A stretch of 64,000 bases of DNA from an uncultured Candidatus Saccharibacteria bacterium (GTDB lineage: Bacteria; Patescibacteriota; Minisyncoccia; UBA9983), in the NCBI GenBank assembly GCA_964456855.1, contig CAYWCU010000001.1, positions 8,442-72,441 on the forward strand. The letters are read 5' to 3'. Shown one piece after another: positions 49,193-62,326 of this stretch (the first letter of the stretch is position 1; every line of letters begins with the position of its first letter). Position numbers and translations under genes: made by a program. Below the pieces are notes generated by a model, which saw only the letters and a list, made by a program, of their open reading frames with translations, was not told the origin of the DNA and did no database searches.

Positions 49193-50254
49193 ATGCGGGG
49201 ACATTTTAAAAGAGGCGCGAGATATGCCTTTTGGATAACAATCAGTATTTTGACTGGAGTTTTTTTAATGTCTTTATCCATAAAAGCGGTCCAATACGCT
49301 TACCGAGATTTGCCGGTCAGCCAGGCGCGCGTAAAAGAAAAACCCCGAGAAAGCGCCTTTGTTTTTAAAAATCGCGAACAAAAAAAAATAAAGCCCCGAA
49401 AAGACACTTTGCTTCTTTTTACAGGAGACATAATGCTTGACAGGGCGGTGCGAAAATCAGTGAAAAAAAATGCCAGTGGCGACTTTTCTTTTCTGTTCCA
49501 AAAAATAAAACCCGCCGTGCAGAAAGCGGACATCGCTTTCGGAAATCTTGAAGGACCTGTTTCCGATGTTGGAAGCGATATCGGAAATCTGTATTCTTTC
49601 AGGATGCCGCCGGAAGCACTGGAGGCGATAAAGGATGCCGGTTTTGACGCATTGTCGCTCGCGAACAATCACACCGGAGACTGGGGAAGGGTGGCATTTG
49701 AGGATACTCTTCTCAGACTGAACACTGCCGGCATTCTCCCCGTCGGCGGAGGATACAATGAAAACAACGCCGTCAATTCAAAGCCCATTTCCAAAAACGG
49801 ACTCCGTTTTTCATTTCTGGGGTTCAGCGACGTAGGTCCGAAATGGCTCAAGGCGTCCAAAAACAGATCCGGAATTTTAATCGCTGACGGCAGTTTCGCG
49901 AAGACAATCAAAAAGATGGCAAAAAAAACGGATGTTTTAATCATTTCAATTCATTTCGGGGAGGAGTATAAAAAATTCTCAAACAAAAGACAGCAGATGC
50001 TCGCGAAAAGTGCGATTGATAACGGAGCGAAAATAGTCATCGGACATCACCCGCATGTCACACAGGAGGTGGAAAAATATAAAGACGGAATAATCGCCTA
50101 CAGCCTGGGTAATTTTATATTTGATCAAAATTTTTCCAAAGAAACAATGCGAGGTTTGATGCTTGAAGTGGTAATTTCTCCCGACGGAAAAATAAAGTCC
50201 TTCAAAAAACGAATGGTAAAAATGAACGAGTTTTTCCAACCTGAGTTGCAATAA
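49193..50254 (+). CDS. CapA/PGA_cap-family metallophosphatase-fold protein
   Basis: N-terminal TM; FTGDIMLDR, AFGNLEGP, SLANNHTGDWG, GHHPHV. Confidence 0.7.
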   Translation: MRGHFKRGARYAFWITISILTGVFLMSLSIKAVQYAYRDLPVSQARVKEKPRESAFVFKNREQKKIKPRKDTLLLFTGDIMLDRAVRKSVKKNASGDFSFLFQKIKPAVQKADIAFGNLEGPVSDVGSDIGNLYSFRMPPEALEAIKDAGFDALSLANNHTGDWGRVAFEDTLLRLNTAGILPVGGGYNENNAVNSKPISKNGLRFSFLGFSDVGPKWLKASKNRSGILIADGSFAKTIKKMAKKTDVLIISIHFGEEYKKFSNKRQQMLAKSAIDNGAKIVIGHHPHVTQEVEKYKDGIIAYSLGNFIFDQNFSKETMRGLMLEVVISPDGKIKSFKKRMVKMNEFFQPELQ

Positions 50255-50274
50255 TCCCTCAGAGCATTAAGGCA

Positions 50275-50748
50275 TTAAGCGAGCAATTCCTTGACAATTT
50301 TGTTAACCAAAGCGCCATCCGCCTTGCCTTTTGTTTGAGGAGCCAAAATGGCCATTACTTTGCCTATTTCTTTTTGTTCAGAAACCCCAGCCTGCTCTAT
50401 CGCCCTTTTGGCCAATTCTCCAATTTCCTCCTCGGACATCTGCTCCGGGAGATAAGCGGACAAAATTTCAAGCTCTTTTTTTTCTTTTTCAGCCTGCTCC
50501 GCGCGCCCTCCTTTTTCGTAAAGTCCTATGGCATCCTTTCTTTTCTTGGCTTCTTTGAAAATGACCTGGATAATTTCTTCGTCAGAAAGCTCTTCAAACG
50601 GCTCTCCTTTTTTGGCCAATCTTGTCTTTTTTTCTATTTCCGCATTCTTGATGCCGGCCTGCAACATTTTTAAGACAAGCGTTCTGTCAGCGTCTTTGGC
50701 TTTAAAGGCCTCTATAAAATCTTTTTGTATTTTTTCCTTCAAATTCAT
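50275..50748 (-). CDS. GatB/YqeY domain protein
   Basis: ...LSAYLPEQMSEEEI...KADGALVNKIVKELL, typical YqeY. Confidence 0.75.
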   Translation of the reverse strand: MNLKEKIQKDFIEAFKAKDADRTLVLKMLQAGIKNAEIEKKTRLAKKGEPFEELSDEEIIQVIFKEAKKRKDAIGLYEKGGRAEQAEKEKKELEILSAYLPEQMSEEEIGELAKRAIEQAGVSEQKEIGKVMAILAPQTKGKADGALVNKIVKELLA

Positions 50749-50859
50749 TCTTTGATTTTAACATAAAACAAACTTCGCGCAAAATATGAAAGCTTTACTT
50801 CAAACAATCAACGCAACGGAGCGCGACTGTGATGACCTGCTGTCCTTTTTTATTTGTTT

Positions 50860-50893
50860 ATCGCCATTCTTGACGACCGTCAAGAATGGCGAT
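50860..50893. repeat. perfect palindrome A (atcgccattcttgacg-acc-cgtcaagaatggcgat)
   Basis: 16-bp arms; the same core recurs at 51525-51581. Confidence 0.7.
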
Positions 50894-50941
50894 AAAATGT
50901 TTAGCATAGGGTCATTTTTGGGTTAGCAAGGTGATAAGGAA

Positions 50942-51520
50942 ATGAAAAAAGGGAAAAGGTTGAAAATTTTAGAAGCATTGCGAACTGGCGTTGATATAGC
51001 CGGCGACCTGATTTTTATTTTTACCCTCCCTTATGGCACTACACTGCCACGATCTTTACGTCTTCTGGAAAAACGGAATCAGGAACGGGAAGTCAAAAAA
51101 TTAAACAGTCAAAAAAGAGAAGAATTAAAAAAGGAAAAGGCCAGATTTTCCGATTTAATCTACAAATTAAAAAAGGATGGCTTAGTGGAAGTCGGACAAA
51201 ATAAAATATTTTTAACCAAAAAAGGAGAGCTGTACCTAAAAAAGGAAAAGGGCAAGCCGAAAACCCGATACCCTGTCCTGGCCGGCGAAACAACAAACCT
51301 TATCGTGTTTGACATACCTGAGGAAAAAAGAAGAAAGAGACAATGGCTGAGAGAAGTGTTGAAAAATCTAGAATACAAGCAACTGCAAAAAAGCGTCTGG
51401 ATTGGAAAAAACAAATTTCCGGAAGAATTTTTACGGGAACTCTCAATATTAAACTTGCACAACTGCGTAGAGATTTTTTCCATAAGCAACAAGGGCACTT
51501 TGCGCAGAAGGAGGGTGTAA
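50942..51520 (+). CDS. PaaX-like putative transcriptional regulator (N-terminal wHTH, Cas2-like C-terminal domain)
   Basis: N-terminus KILEALRTGVDIAGDLI and C-terminus LIVFDIPEEKRRKRQWLREVLKNLEYKQLQKSVW resemble PaaX-family regulators. Tentative. Confidence 0.4.
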   Translation: MKKGKRLKILEALRTGVDIAGDLIFIFTLPYGTTLPRSLRLLEKRNQEREVKKLNSQKREELKKEKARFSDLIYKLKKDGLVEVGQNKIFLTKKGELYLKKEKGKPKTRYPVLAGETTNLIVFDIPEEKRRKRQWLREVLKNLEYKQLQKSVWIGKNKFPEEFLRELSILNLHNCVEIFSISNKGTLRRRRV

Positions 51521-51524
51521 AAAC

Positions 51525-54093
<2,569 letters not shown>

Positions 54094-54095
54094 TT

Positions 54096-54650
54096 TTATG
54101 AATCAATGGACCTTTGGGAAACCGTTGTCTGAATATTAAGCTGGGATTTGATTGTCTTTTTTTCCCCGGCATAACCGCTGATAATAATGGTAACAAGTGG
54201 CTGGAGTCCGTCCGGTCCATCCCCTCTTACCACAAAAAGAAGCTTCTCAACGACTACTTCGGAAGATGTCATTGGGAGAAAATCTCCTCCATCATAAGAA
54301 ACTTCAATTTTTTTATTGGCAAGCAAATATTCCACAACCACGCCCTCACTGTTCGTAAAGTTAAAGGATGAAGGAGAGGAGCAAGATTGAGCGCAATAAT
54401 CGCTTCCCGTTCTTATTTCCCTCGCCATTTTTTCAATGGCAAAATTCAAATTATCATTCACCGCCCTGAAGGTGGCGGTCTTTTTTTGAATATTGCTGAC
54501 ATTAAGAATAGAAGTGAGAGAAATGGTTATTATAACAATAAAAATTGAGACGGCAACCATCATTTCAATAAGGGTAAACCCTCCCTCGTTTCGCGAGCTT
54601 GATGCGGTCTTCGGTGTAAGGGTGGATTTAATTTTCAGCGATTGTTTCAT
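54096..54650 (-). CDS. type IV pilin-like / minor pilin (prepilin N-terminal methylation motif)
   Basis: GGFTLIEMMVAVSIFIVII. Confidence 0.7.
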   Translation of the reverse strand: MKQSLKIKSTLTPKTASSSRNEGGFTLIEMMVAVSIFIVIITISLTSILNVSNIQKKTATFRAVNDNLNFAIEKMAREIRTGSDYCAQSCSSPSSFNFTNSEGVVVEYLLANKKIEVSYDGGDFLPMTSSEVVVEKLLFVVRGDGPDGLQPLVTIIISGYAGEKKTIKSQLNIQTTVSQRSIDS

Positions 54651-54680
54651 TTTGCTTTTTTGTTTTTCCGAAGAAATAAA

Positions 54681-55253
54681 TTATCTCCAATTAAAAATAT
54701 CCTCCTCTAAAACGACTTTTTTCTCTCCTATATTGTCTTTCCAGGAAACGATGCTTCTCACATTCGCCTCATCCGAGTTGCCACCAACATTCGGAATTAT
54801 TTTGACAACGCGCTTGAAGATAGTCGGAACTCCTTTAATGTAATTATAATAATATCCATTCGTGGCATCGTATTTGATATCCGGACATTCTCCGGCACAA
54901 GCGACCATGCTCGCGTTGGGAACATCAATGACACACCCATCAGATCCGAAACATACATCAAGCCCGTCCAGCCAACCGTTGGGAGGATTTAAAAAATTAT
55001 TATCACGCGTATTTCTGGCATACTCAATTCCCTCCTGAGCCAGATAAAAAGCGACTATGCGGTTCTGGGATACCCTCGCCGAAGCTATCATCCGAGAGGC
55101 GAGTTGCATCGGACCCAAAGTCGCCATTGTTAAAATGGTAATGGCGACAAGGGTCTCCAAGAGTGTAAACCCTCCTCCGCTTCGCAAGACTGAGCCGGAG
55201 TTTGCTGCTCCGGAAAAACTTCTTTTTTTAAAAAATAAATGATTGTTTTTCAT
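54681..55253 (-). CDS. type IV minor pilin-like protein
   Basis: GGGFTLLETLVAITILTMA. Confidence 0.7.
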   Translation of the reverse strand: MKNNHLFFKKRSFSGAANSGSVLRSGGGFTLLETLVAITILTMATLGPMQLASRMIASARVSQNRIVAFYLAQEGIEYARNTRDNNFLNPPNGWLDGLDVCFGSDGCVIDVPNASMVACAGECPDIKYDATNGYYYNYIKGVPTIFKRVVKIIPNVGGNSDEANVRSIVSWKDNIGEKKVVLEEDIFNWR

Positions 55254-55256
55254 TTT

Positions 55257-55856
55257 TTAATCAACTTCTATTTGACCGGTCGGCCAAATTATCACCTGCT
55301 TTTCCGTTCCGTCAGGGGATCTGATTACAACCTCCAAATCATGATTTGAATAATCAACTCCTCCTCCTTTAAAAACAACTTTCGGTCCGGGACGATAATA
55401 GACAATATTAAGTTCGCTTAAACCGCAATCCGGCGTCGGAATCGTTTTCTCGCCAACACAAAGTTTGTAAATTATATCGGCCGTTTTTATCTTGATTTCT
55501 TTTTCCTTTTCAGCTCCCCCGCTGTATTCTCCATTACCGTCAAGATCAACAAACAAAATAAAAGAGTCGGGGGTGTTAACATTAAAATGAACTCCGTATC
55601 CGGGGAATTTTCCGTCAAATTCCTTGACGGAAATGGCGGAGACTTGAGCTTCTCTCACGGACAAGGCTATTTTCTGGGCGGTTCTTTTCAAAGAGACGCC
55701 TTCCCTGAATTTAGGGTAGTTGATAAAAAGGCCGATACTGATAATCGTAAAAATGCTTATGCTCACCATCAATTCCACCAAAGTGAAACCGGAACAGGAA
55801 ACCGGCAAAAAGCAGGAATGAGAATTTGATACTTTTCGTTTTAAACTTTTTTTCAT
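55257..55856 (-). CDS. type IV minor pilin-like protein
   Basis: SGFTLVELMVSISIFTIIS. Confidence 0.7.
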   Translation of the reverse strand: MKKSLKRKVSNSHSCFLPVSCSGFTLVELMVSISIFTIISIGLFINYPKFREGVSLKRTAQKIALSVREAQVSAISVKEFDGKFPGYGVHFNVNTPDSFILFVDLDGNGEYSGGAEKEKEIKIKTADIIYKLCVGEKTIPTPDCGLSELNIVYYRPGPKVVFKGGGVDYSNHDLEVVIRSPDGTEKQVIIWPTGQIEVD

Positions 55857-55922
55857 AAAAGAGAGTTGGGAAACCCCGTTTCAAACTCTCAAAACGAATT
55901 TAATCCGCATTGAGCGTTTCAA

Positions 55923-56309
55923 TTATTGGAAACGAAAAACCACTTTATCCGCCGGACCGGCGTAAACGTCATAAGGGGATATGTCCTGTTTAACGCCATT
56001 CAGATAAAAAACCCAATGTTTGCCTCCGCTCCCGTTTAAAAATTCTTTTATCTTAATTGGCGTAAAATTATTGTCGGCTTCAACTTCGGCGCCGGTCAGC
56101 AAAGCCACCTGCTGCAATAGATTCCAAACGCGTTTTTTCCCGGAAAGAGGAACCTGTAACGCCTGTTTCCCACTGTTCCCATAATCAATAATGAAAACCA
56201 ATTCATTTTTGTCCGCTTTCTTTCCTCCCCATCCTGAAATTAAAACAACGAAAATAACAGCCACCAGAAACGCCAACAAAATTATTTTTTCTTTTTTATT
56301 TTTTTTCAT
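55923..56309 (-). CDS. hypothetical membrane-anchored protein in pilus operon
   Basis: N-terminal TM helix and a small beta-rich domain. Confidence 0.4.
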   Translation of the reverse strand: MKKNKKEKIILLAFLVAVIFVVLISGWGGKKADKNELVFIIDYGNSGKQALQVPLSGKKRVWNLLQQVALLTGAEVEADNNFTPIKIKEFLNGSGGKHWVFYLNGVKQDISPYDVYAGPADKVVFRFQ

Positions 56310-56327
56310 AATTAAATTTTAAACATA

Positions 56328-57119
56328 TTAAATGTATAAGCGGATTATGGCGTTTCCGAACCAAAACGCAATCATCACTCCAAAAATTAAAAAAGGACCA
56401 AACGCCACCTTACTTTTCATATTATACCTTTTTTTCGCCAAAATTAACAAGAGAATGCCCACAATCGCTCCGGACCAAAAACCGACAAGTATGGCGATTA
56501 GCCCCTTGAGCGGACCTAACAAAAAACCGATTCCAAGCGCCAATTTGGCGTCTCCAAACCCCATTCCTTTTCCGTTTGATAAAAACCAAATGAGAGCGAA
56601 AAAGGAAAAAAAGGCGATTCCGGACAAAAGTCTGCCCGCCAGTCCGGACCATAACTGCCCATGTTCAAAAAAAATCGCCAAGAGCGACAGAAAGGCGAAT
56701 GAATAAACAAGCATATCCGGGATAATCTGATGTTTGAAATCATACAAGGCGATGACGATCAAAAGAGAAAAAATCGCCCAGTAATAAACAAGGCGTCCGA
56801 AAAACAAGTTTGAGAACTGTCCGCCGAATATCGCTCCGCTTCCTCCGAGGAAAAGAAAAACAAATAAAAAGAGCGACCCAGTTAAAGCTTCAATTATGGG
56901 ATACTGCCAAGAAATTTTGCTTCCACATTTTCCACACACCCCCCTTTGAGCGAAAAAACTGAAAATTGGAATCAATTGGCGCCAATTGAGAGGCGTTCCG
57001 CAGGTGAAACACTGAGAACGGCCACGGGCGATGGAGCGCCCGGTGTTGTAGCGCAAGGCGACCACATTCAAAAAACTGCCCACAATCGCCCCCAATGAAA
57101 AAACAAATAATTCAATCAT
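56328..57119 (-). CDS. pilD: prepilin peptidase (A24 family) PilD
   Basis: N-terminal zinc-binding CFTC...CGKCG. Catalytic region GKGMGFGDAKLALGIG. The first ATG is at 57119 (the track ORF begins at TTG 57158). Confidence 0.8.
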   Translation of the reverse strand: MIELFVFSLGAIVGSFLNVVALRYNTGRSIARGRSQCFTCGTPLNWRQLIPIFSFFAQRGVCGKCGSKISWQYPIIEALTGSLFLFVFLFLGGSGAIFGGQFSNLFFGRLVYYWAIFSLLIVIALYDFKHQIIPDMLVYSFAFLSLLAIFFEHGQLWSGLAGRLLSGIAFFSFFALIWFLSNGKGMGFGDAKLALGIGFLLGPLKGLIAILVGFWSGAIVGILLLILAKKRYNMKSKVAFGPFLIFGVMIAFWFGNAIIRLYI

Positions 57120-57144
57120 TGGTTTGATTATAGCATAAACAAGA

Positions 57145-57170
57145 AAACCCGCCGACAAGGGCGGGTTTTC
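57145..57170 (-). terminator. terminator hairpin after major pilin gene (aaaacccgcc-gacaag-ggcgggtttt)
   Basis: Perfect 10-bp stem with flanking A-run and T-run, directly downstream of the pilA stop. Confidence 0.6.
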
Positions 57171-57190
57171 AAAGAACAGGACAATCAGTC

Positions 57191-57724
57191 TTACGGAGTT
57201 ACATCATAGCATAGGTCGCCTGTAGGAGAATTAGCACCCAAATCATTTGTGGCTCCACAATCAGTGGACAACCCCGCAAAAGTACCCGAGGCACACCCGT
57301 CGCTAAGCTCGTCACTGTCCGATTGGAAGGCGGGACTATCGGGGCTTTCCATCACAGCTGCCAAATGATAGGACATTCCAGCGGTTGGGCTACAGTATTT
57401 GTAGTTCGATCCACTCGGATCCGTAGGAAGAGTGGGAAGAAATTTACTGGTCACAAGGGCTTGCAATCCGGTGTTGTTGCCAGGAAGGGCCGCTCCATCG
57501 GCTGTCGCCGGATATTTGTTACCATTGGAGTCAAAATACATCTCAAGCGCCAACTGCGCCTGTTTGATGTCTGACAAACGGCGAGCGTCCCTTGATTTCC
57601 TTCTGGCTGTGTTGAGCGATGCCAAAACAACGGAGGAAAGAATACCGATGATGGCGATAACCACCAAAAGTTCAATCAAGGTGAAACCGCGGTTACCTTC
57701 TCCTTTTTTAAATTTTTTAAACAT
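57191..57724 (-). CDS. type IVa major pilin (PilA-like)
   Basis: GNRGFTLIELLVVIAIIGILSSVVLASLNTARRKSRDARRLSDIKQAQLALEMY is the canonical class III signal peptide and alpha1 helix. Cysteines in the C-terminal domain. Confidence 0.8.
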   Translation of the reverse strand: MFKKFKKGEGNRGFTLIELLVVIAIIGILSSVVLASLNTARRKSRDARRLSDIKQAQLALEMYFDSNGNKYPATADGAALPGNNTGLQALVTSKFLPTLPTDPSGSNYKYCSPTAGMSYHLAAVMESPDSPAFQSDSDELSDGCASGTFAGLSTDCGATNDLGANSPTGDLCYDVTP

Positions 57725-57891
57725 TTTTAATTTTATCCATCGCGGTCCGGAACTCGCGGCTCAAAACAATTTCGCGCCGCAATCCGATGACCGCAATGTT
57801 ATATGATTATTTATCGACCTTAATTTATAATAACACTTCTTTTATTATACCTTATTAAAAGCAAAAGCCTAAAGCGGAATGTGGATAAAAC

Positions 57892-59100
57892 TTAAATTCC
57901 CGCCGTGATGCTGTAAATCGGACCAAGGATGGAAACGAGAAGAATCCCGACCGCCACACCCAAGGTTATAATCATAATCGGCTCAATCAAACTGACCAAA
58001 TTGCTCACAGCGGAGTCAACCTCGCGACTGTAAAACTTGGACAATGTTTTCAGAATAAAATTCAATTTTCCGGATTCTTCCCCGATTCTCATCATTCTTG
58101 ATATGAGCGGGGGGATGTCTTGATAACGAGAAAAAACTTCCGAGATGGAACTCCCTCCTCTGACAGACTCCACGGCTTCTTTTAAAATCCTCTCATAGAC
58201 TCTGTTTCCGACGACATCTGATGTTATTTCCAACGCCCTGACAACCGGTATTCCACTTGAAAGAAGCGTTTCAAGATTATCCGTTATTCTGGAAAGATAA
58301 AGCTTTTTGTAAAGCGTTCCGATATATGGAACTCTCAACTGCAAATGGGAAATAACTTCTTGCCCAGTCTCGCCACGGGTGTAACGCCACAAAAAGACTG
58401 TTCCTATGGCGATGGCGATTAAAATAAAAATTCCGTAATTGACCAAAAACTCGCTGATTCCGATGACCACTTTCGTGTAAACGGGAATGTTCTGCCCCAT
58501 CTCCTTTATAATCTCGCTCAACCGGGGAATGACGAAAACCATCATCAAAATCATCACCGCAAAAAAAGTGCCGATGACAAAAGCCGGGTAAAAAAGCGCG
58601 TTTTTCGCTTTGGAAGACAGTTCGTAATACCTTTCCAGATGATCCGCCAAATAAGAAAAAATTTCATCCAATTTTCCGGACTCTTCCCCTGAACGAATCA
58701 TACTTACATAAAACTTGGAAAAAACATTAGGGTGCTTCGCCATGGCGGCGGACATAGGCGACCCTCCCTGCATATCCTCCACCACTTCATTAAGTTTTTC
58801 CGCCAAAAGTTCGTTTTCCGTTTCCGAAGCAATCAGCTTGAAGGAATCTATGACGGGAACCTTCGCTTCAAAGAGGGTTGCAAGTTGTCGCGAAAGAATA
58901 ACTACGTCCCGCGGTTTAATTCTTTCAAAGAACTTTATCTTTATTTCCCAAAAAGCTTTTTTTTCTCCGGCGGGGTTGATGGAGACGATTATAAGATTTC
59001 TCCTCTGCAGAGAGGAGATGGCAATCTCAAGATTGGCGGCCTCTATGCTACCCGTTTTCTTCTCCCCCTCCAAAGTTGTCGCTTCATATTCGTAAAGCAT
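57892..59100 (-). CDS. pilC: type IV pilus inner-membrane platform protein PilC (GspF family)
   Basis: Two GspF repeats and three TM segments; typical about 400 aa. Confidence 0.85.
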   Translation of the reverse strand: MLYEYEATTLEGEKKTGSIEAANLEIAISSLQRRNLIIVSINPAGEKKAFWEIKIKFFERIKPRDVVILSRQLATLFEAKVPVIDSFKLIASETENELLAEKLNEVVEDMQGGSPMSAAMAKHPNVFSKFYVSMIRSGEESGKLDEIFSYLADHLERYYELSSKAKNALFYPAFVIGTFFAVMILMMVFVIPRLSEIIKEMGQNIPVYTKVVIGISEFLVNYGIFILIAIAIGTVFLWRYTRGETGQEVISHLQLRVPYIGTLYKKLYLSRITDNLETLLSSGIPVVRALEITSDVVGNRVYERILKEAVESVRGGSSISEVFSRYQDIPPLISRMMRIGEESGKLNFILKTLSKFYSREVDSAVSNLVSLIEPIMIITLGVAVGILLVSILGPIYSITAGI

Positions 59101-59101
59101 A

Positions 59102-60166
59102 TTAAATAAGTCCCTGCAATCCTCTCGGGTTTAGAGAAAATTTATAAGCGTTATCCGTTGAAATTTCTCCCGCCCGCACCAAGTCGGCGAGAGAACGGTT
59201 TAAACTGACCATTCCCAATTCCAAACTGGTGTCAATAATAAGATTTATCTCGTGAGTTCGGTTCTCGCGAATAAGGTTTCTCACCGCCGAGTTACTGATA
59301 AGAAGCTCATAAGCGGGAACAAGTCCTCCGGAAATTCTCGGAATCAGGCGTTGGGAAAAAACACCAACGAGAGCGTTTGAAAGCTGGAGGCGTATCTGAT
59401 TTTGCTGATTCGGCGGAAAACTGTCTATTATTCTGTCTATCGTTTGGGAAGCATTGTTTGTATGGAGCGAGGAAAATATCAAGTGCCCCGTTTCAGCCGC
59501 GGTAACGGCGGCGGACATCGTCTCCGTATCCCTCATTTCGCCTATCATGGCAATATTGGCATCCTGCCTGAACATTGACCTCAGCCCGCTCTTGAAATCA
59601 TTGGTATCTATTCTGACCTCTCTCTGATCAATGATTGATTTATCCTGAACAAAAAGATATTCAACTGGATCTTCAATGGTTACTATGTGCTCCGCCCGAG
59701 TGTGATTAATATGGTCAATCATTGAAGCCATAGTCGTGGATTTTCCATGTCCAATCGGTCCCACCACGAGGAAAAATCCCTGCTCTCTCCCGGTGAAATC
59801 CATTAAAACATCAGGCAAATTGAGTTCTTGAAGGGTTTTAATTTTAATGGGAATGAGCCGAAGCGCCGCTCCCAAGTAACCCTTCTGGTAAAAGACATTG
59901 ACCCTGAAACGCACCTTGTCCTCAAAAGCGTAGGAAATATCAAGTTCTTTTTCTCTGATTAAAACCTCTTCTTCATTGTCCTTGAGCATTGAAAAAATAA
60001 GTCCCTTTGTGTCTTCTGGAGAAAGCACTTCTTTTTTCAAAAGAGGAATGAGGGAACCCGCCACTCTCATAGTGGGGTGTCTGGCGACGGTCAAATGAAG
60101 ATCGGAAGCTCCCTCTTTGACGACCATCATAATCAAATCCGCCATTTCTTTTTTATAATCTTTCAT
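59102..60166 (-). CDS. pilT: type IV pilus retraction ATPase PilT
   Basis: GPIGHGKSTT Walker A, Asp/His boxes; about 354 aa, typical for PilT rather than PilB. Confidence 0.85.
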   Translation of the reverse strand: MKDYKKEMADLIMMVVKEGASDLHLTVARHPTMRVAGSLIPLLKKEVLSPEDTKGLIFSMLKDNEEEVLIREKELDISYAFEDKVRFRVNVFYQKGYLGAALRLIPIKIKTLQELNLPDVLMDFTGREQGFFLVVGPIGHGKSTTMASMIDHINHTRAEHIVTIEDPVEYLFVQDKSIIDQREVRIDTNDFKSGLRSMFRQDANIAMIGEMRDTETMSAAVTAAETGHLIFSSLHTNNASQTIDRIIDSFPPNQQNQIRLQLSNALVGVFSQRLIPRISGGLVPAYELLISNSAVRNLIRENRTHEINLIIDTSLELGMVSLNRSLADLVRAGEISTDNAYKFSLNPRGLQGLI

Positions 60167-60193
60167 AATTTATTTGATTGAAAAAACAATTTT

Positions 60194-60583
60194 TTAGGGC
60201 TTTTTCTCGTCCAGCAAAGAAGTCACTTTCGCCAAAACTTCCGACGGAGTAAAATAAGCTTTCACAATATAATCATTCGCCCCCAAAGAGAGACCTTTCT
60301 CAACATCTTCCTTTTGTCCCAAATTGGACAAAATAATCAATTTGCACTTCTCGGGCAGATTTTCTTTTTTAAGGCTTCGCAAAAACTCAAAGCCGTCCAT
60401 ATTCGGCATCACCAAATCAAACAAAACCGCATCTGGCTTGAAACCGCCGTGAATTTTTTCCAACGCCTCCTGTCCGCCAAAACACGGTTCCACATTGAAG
60501 CCCGACTGGCGAAACTTCAAAGAATACATGTCAAGCAAAAACTCATCGTCGTCAACTATTAAAATGGAATATTTATTCTCCAT
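60194..60583 (-). CDS. CheY-like single-domain response regulator embedded in pilus operon
   Basis: ILIVDDDEF...LFDLVMPNMDGFEFL...IILSN...K; standalone receiver domain. Confidence 0.8.
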   Translation of the reverse strand: MENKYSILIVDDDEFLLDMYSLKFRQSGFNVEPCFGGQEALEKIHGGFKPDAVLFDLVMPNMDGFEFLRSLKKENLPEKCKLIILSNLGQKEDVEKGLSLGANDYIVKAYFTPSEVLAKVTSLLDEKKP

Positions 60584-60590
60584 ATAATTA

Positions 60591-62294
60591 TTATAACCTA
60601 TTTATTTCCTCTAAGCCAACAATGCCTTTGAAAATTTTCATCAAGGCGTCCTCTTTCGTTGTCAGCATCCCTTGGCGACGCGCTTCCTTGAATATTTCCG
60701 GTTCAATTGCATTGGTTAAAATTATGTTTTCCAGTTCCGGTGTTTTTTTAAGCACTTCAAAAATTCCTATTCTGCCTCTCGCCCCTTGCGGACACGAGGC
60801 GGAAGGGACGCCTTGATAAACATTTTCCGGAATCTTCAAATCTTTTTTCGCTTTTTCGGGGAAACCGGCAAGCACATCGTCAATTCTCTTTTTAACCTCT
60901 CCTTTGACGGGCAACGCCTTGCGCGAATCGGGGCAAAGATCTCTGACCAAACGCTGGGCTATGGAAAGCTCAAGCGTGGAGGCGATTAGAAACGGGTCAA
61001 TGTCCATATCCACGAGTCTTGGAACGACACCAATGGCGTTGTTTGTGTGAAGGGTGGAAAAAACCAAATGCCCTGTCAATGCGGCCTGAATCGCCAATGC
61101 CGCCGTTTCTTTGTCTCTGATTTCACCCACCATTATCATATCCGGGTCCTGACGGAGAATGGATCGGAGTCCCGTGGCGAAAGTGTAGCCTATTTCCGGC
61201 ATAACCTGCGATTGGCTTACGCCGTCAATACTGTATTCCACCGGATCCTCCAAACTGATGACATTGTTTTTCTCTCTGTCCAGTTCTTGAAGCATAGCGT
61301 AAAGGGTTGTCGTTTTTCCACTCCCGGTCGGACCGGTGAGTAATATCAGCCCGTATGGCTTCCTGAGTGATTCTCGGATGGCGCTAAGGTTATATTCCGT
61401 AAAACCCAATTCATCAAGTTTTTTCACCCCTTTTTCCTTATCCAAAATACGGATAACCACTTTTTCTCCGAAATGAGTGGGGAAGGTGGAAACACGAAAA
61501 TCAATGGGTCTGTTGTCAATCACCACTCCGAATCTCCCGTCCTGAGGTTTTCTTTTTTCGTCAATCTTCATATTGGTAATAATCTTTATTCTTGAAACAA
61601 TTGCTTCATGAACACTCAAAGGCAATATCAAACTTGTGTGAAGTGCACCCTGCACGCGAAAGCGGACTTTCAATTTGTCCGACATCGGTTCTATATGGAT
61701 ATCGGAAGCGTTTCCCGCCACGGCGTGCTTCAAAATAACCCCCACCATTTTGGTAACCGGGGCTTCTTCCACAAATTTGTTCTCCGATTGGAATATCTCC
61801 TTCGGAATGCCCCCTTCGGTGTCCACTAACGCCGATTCAAGATCCCCCAGAACTTTTGAAACTTCCCCCGTCAACCCCTTGTAATTCTTGAGCCCCTCCC
61901 TGAAATCCCCATCTGAAATGGCGAAAATTTTGAACGGCATATTCAATTTGGAAACAATAAATTGCAACGCTTCTCTCGCTTCAATGTCTTGAGGATTTAC
62001 CATTCCCATTTCCAACACGCCCTCATTAACTTCCAAAGGAAGAAATTTGTAATGTCTGACAGCCTCCTCGGGAATCTGCTTTAAGATATTGAAAGCTATT
62101 TTTTTAGCTTTGATTTTTCTGAAAGGAACACCTCCGGCTTCTGATTTCGCCGCTTCAATTTGTTCTTGAGAAACTCCGCGCGCCTTCAACATACTTTCAA
62201 TGCTCACCCCTTTTTCTTCGGCAAGACTCCTCGCCTCGGAAAGAATTTCCGGGTCAATAATATTTTTTTTTACTAAAATGTCGGTAAATTGCAT
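60591..62294 (-). CDS. pilB: type IV pilus assembly ATPase PilB (GspE family)
   Basis: N-terminal GSPII-like domain; GPTGSGKTTTLYA Walker A. The first ATG is at 62294. Confidence 0.85.
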   Translation of the reverse strand: MQFTDILVKKNIIDPEILSEARSLAEEKGVSIESMLKARGVSQEQIEAAKSEAGGVPFRKIKAKKIAFNILKQIPEEAVRHYKFLPLEVNEGVLEMGMVNPQDIEAREALQFIVSKLNMPFKIFAISDGDFREGLKNYKGLTGEVSKVLGDLESALVDTEGGIPKEIFQSENKFVEEAPVTKMVGVILKHAVAGNASDIHIEPMSDKLKVRFRVQGALHTSLILPLSVHEAIVSRIKIITNMKIDEKRKPQDGRFGVVIDNRPIDFRVSTFPTHFGEKVVIRILDKEKGVKKLDELGFTEYNLSAIRESLRKPYGLILLTGPTGSGKTTTLYAMLQELDREKNNVISLEDPVEYSIDGVSQSQVMPEIGYTFATGLRSILRQDPDMIMVGEIRDKETAALAIQAALTGHLVFSTLHTNNAIGVVPRLVDMDIDPFLIASTLELSIAQRLVRDLCPDSRKALPVKGEVKKRIDDVLAGFPEKAKKDLKIPENVYQGVPSASCPQGARGRIGIFEVLKKTPELENIILTNAIEPEIFKEARRQGMLTTKEDALMKIFKGIVGLEEINRL

Positions 62295-62326
62295 ATTGAT
62301 TCCATTCGCGAACAATGTGGCGAGGT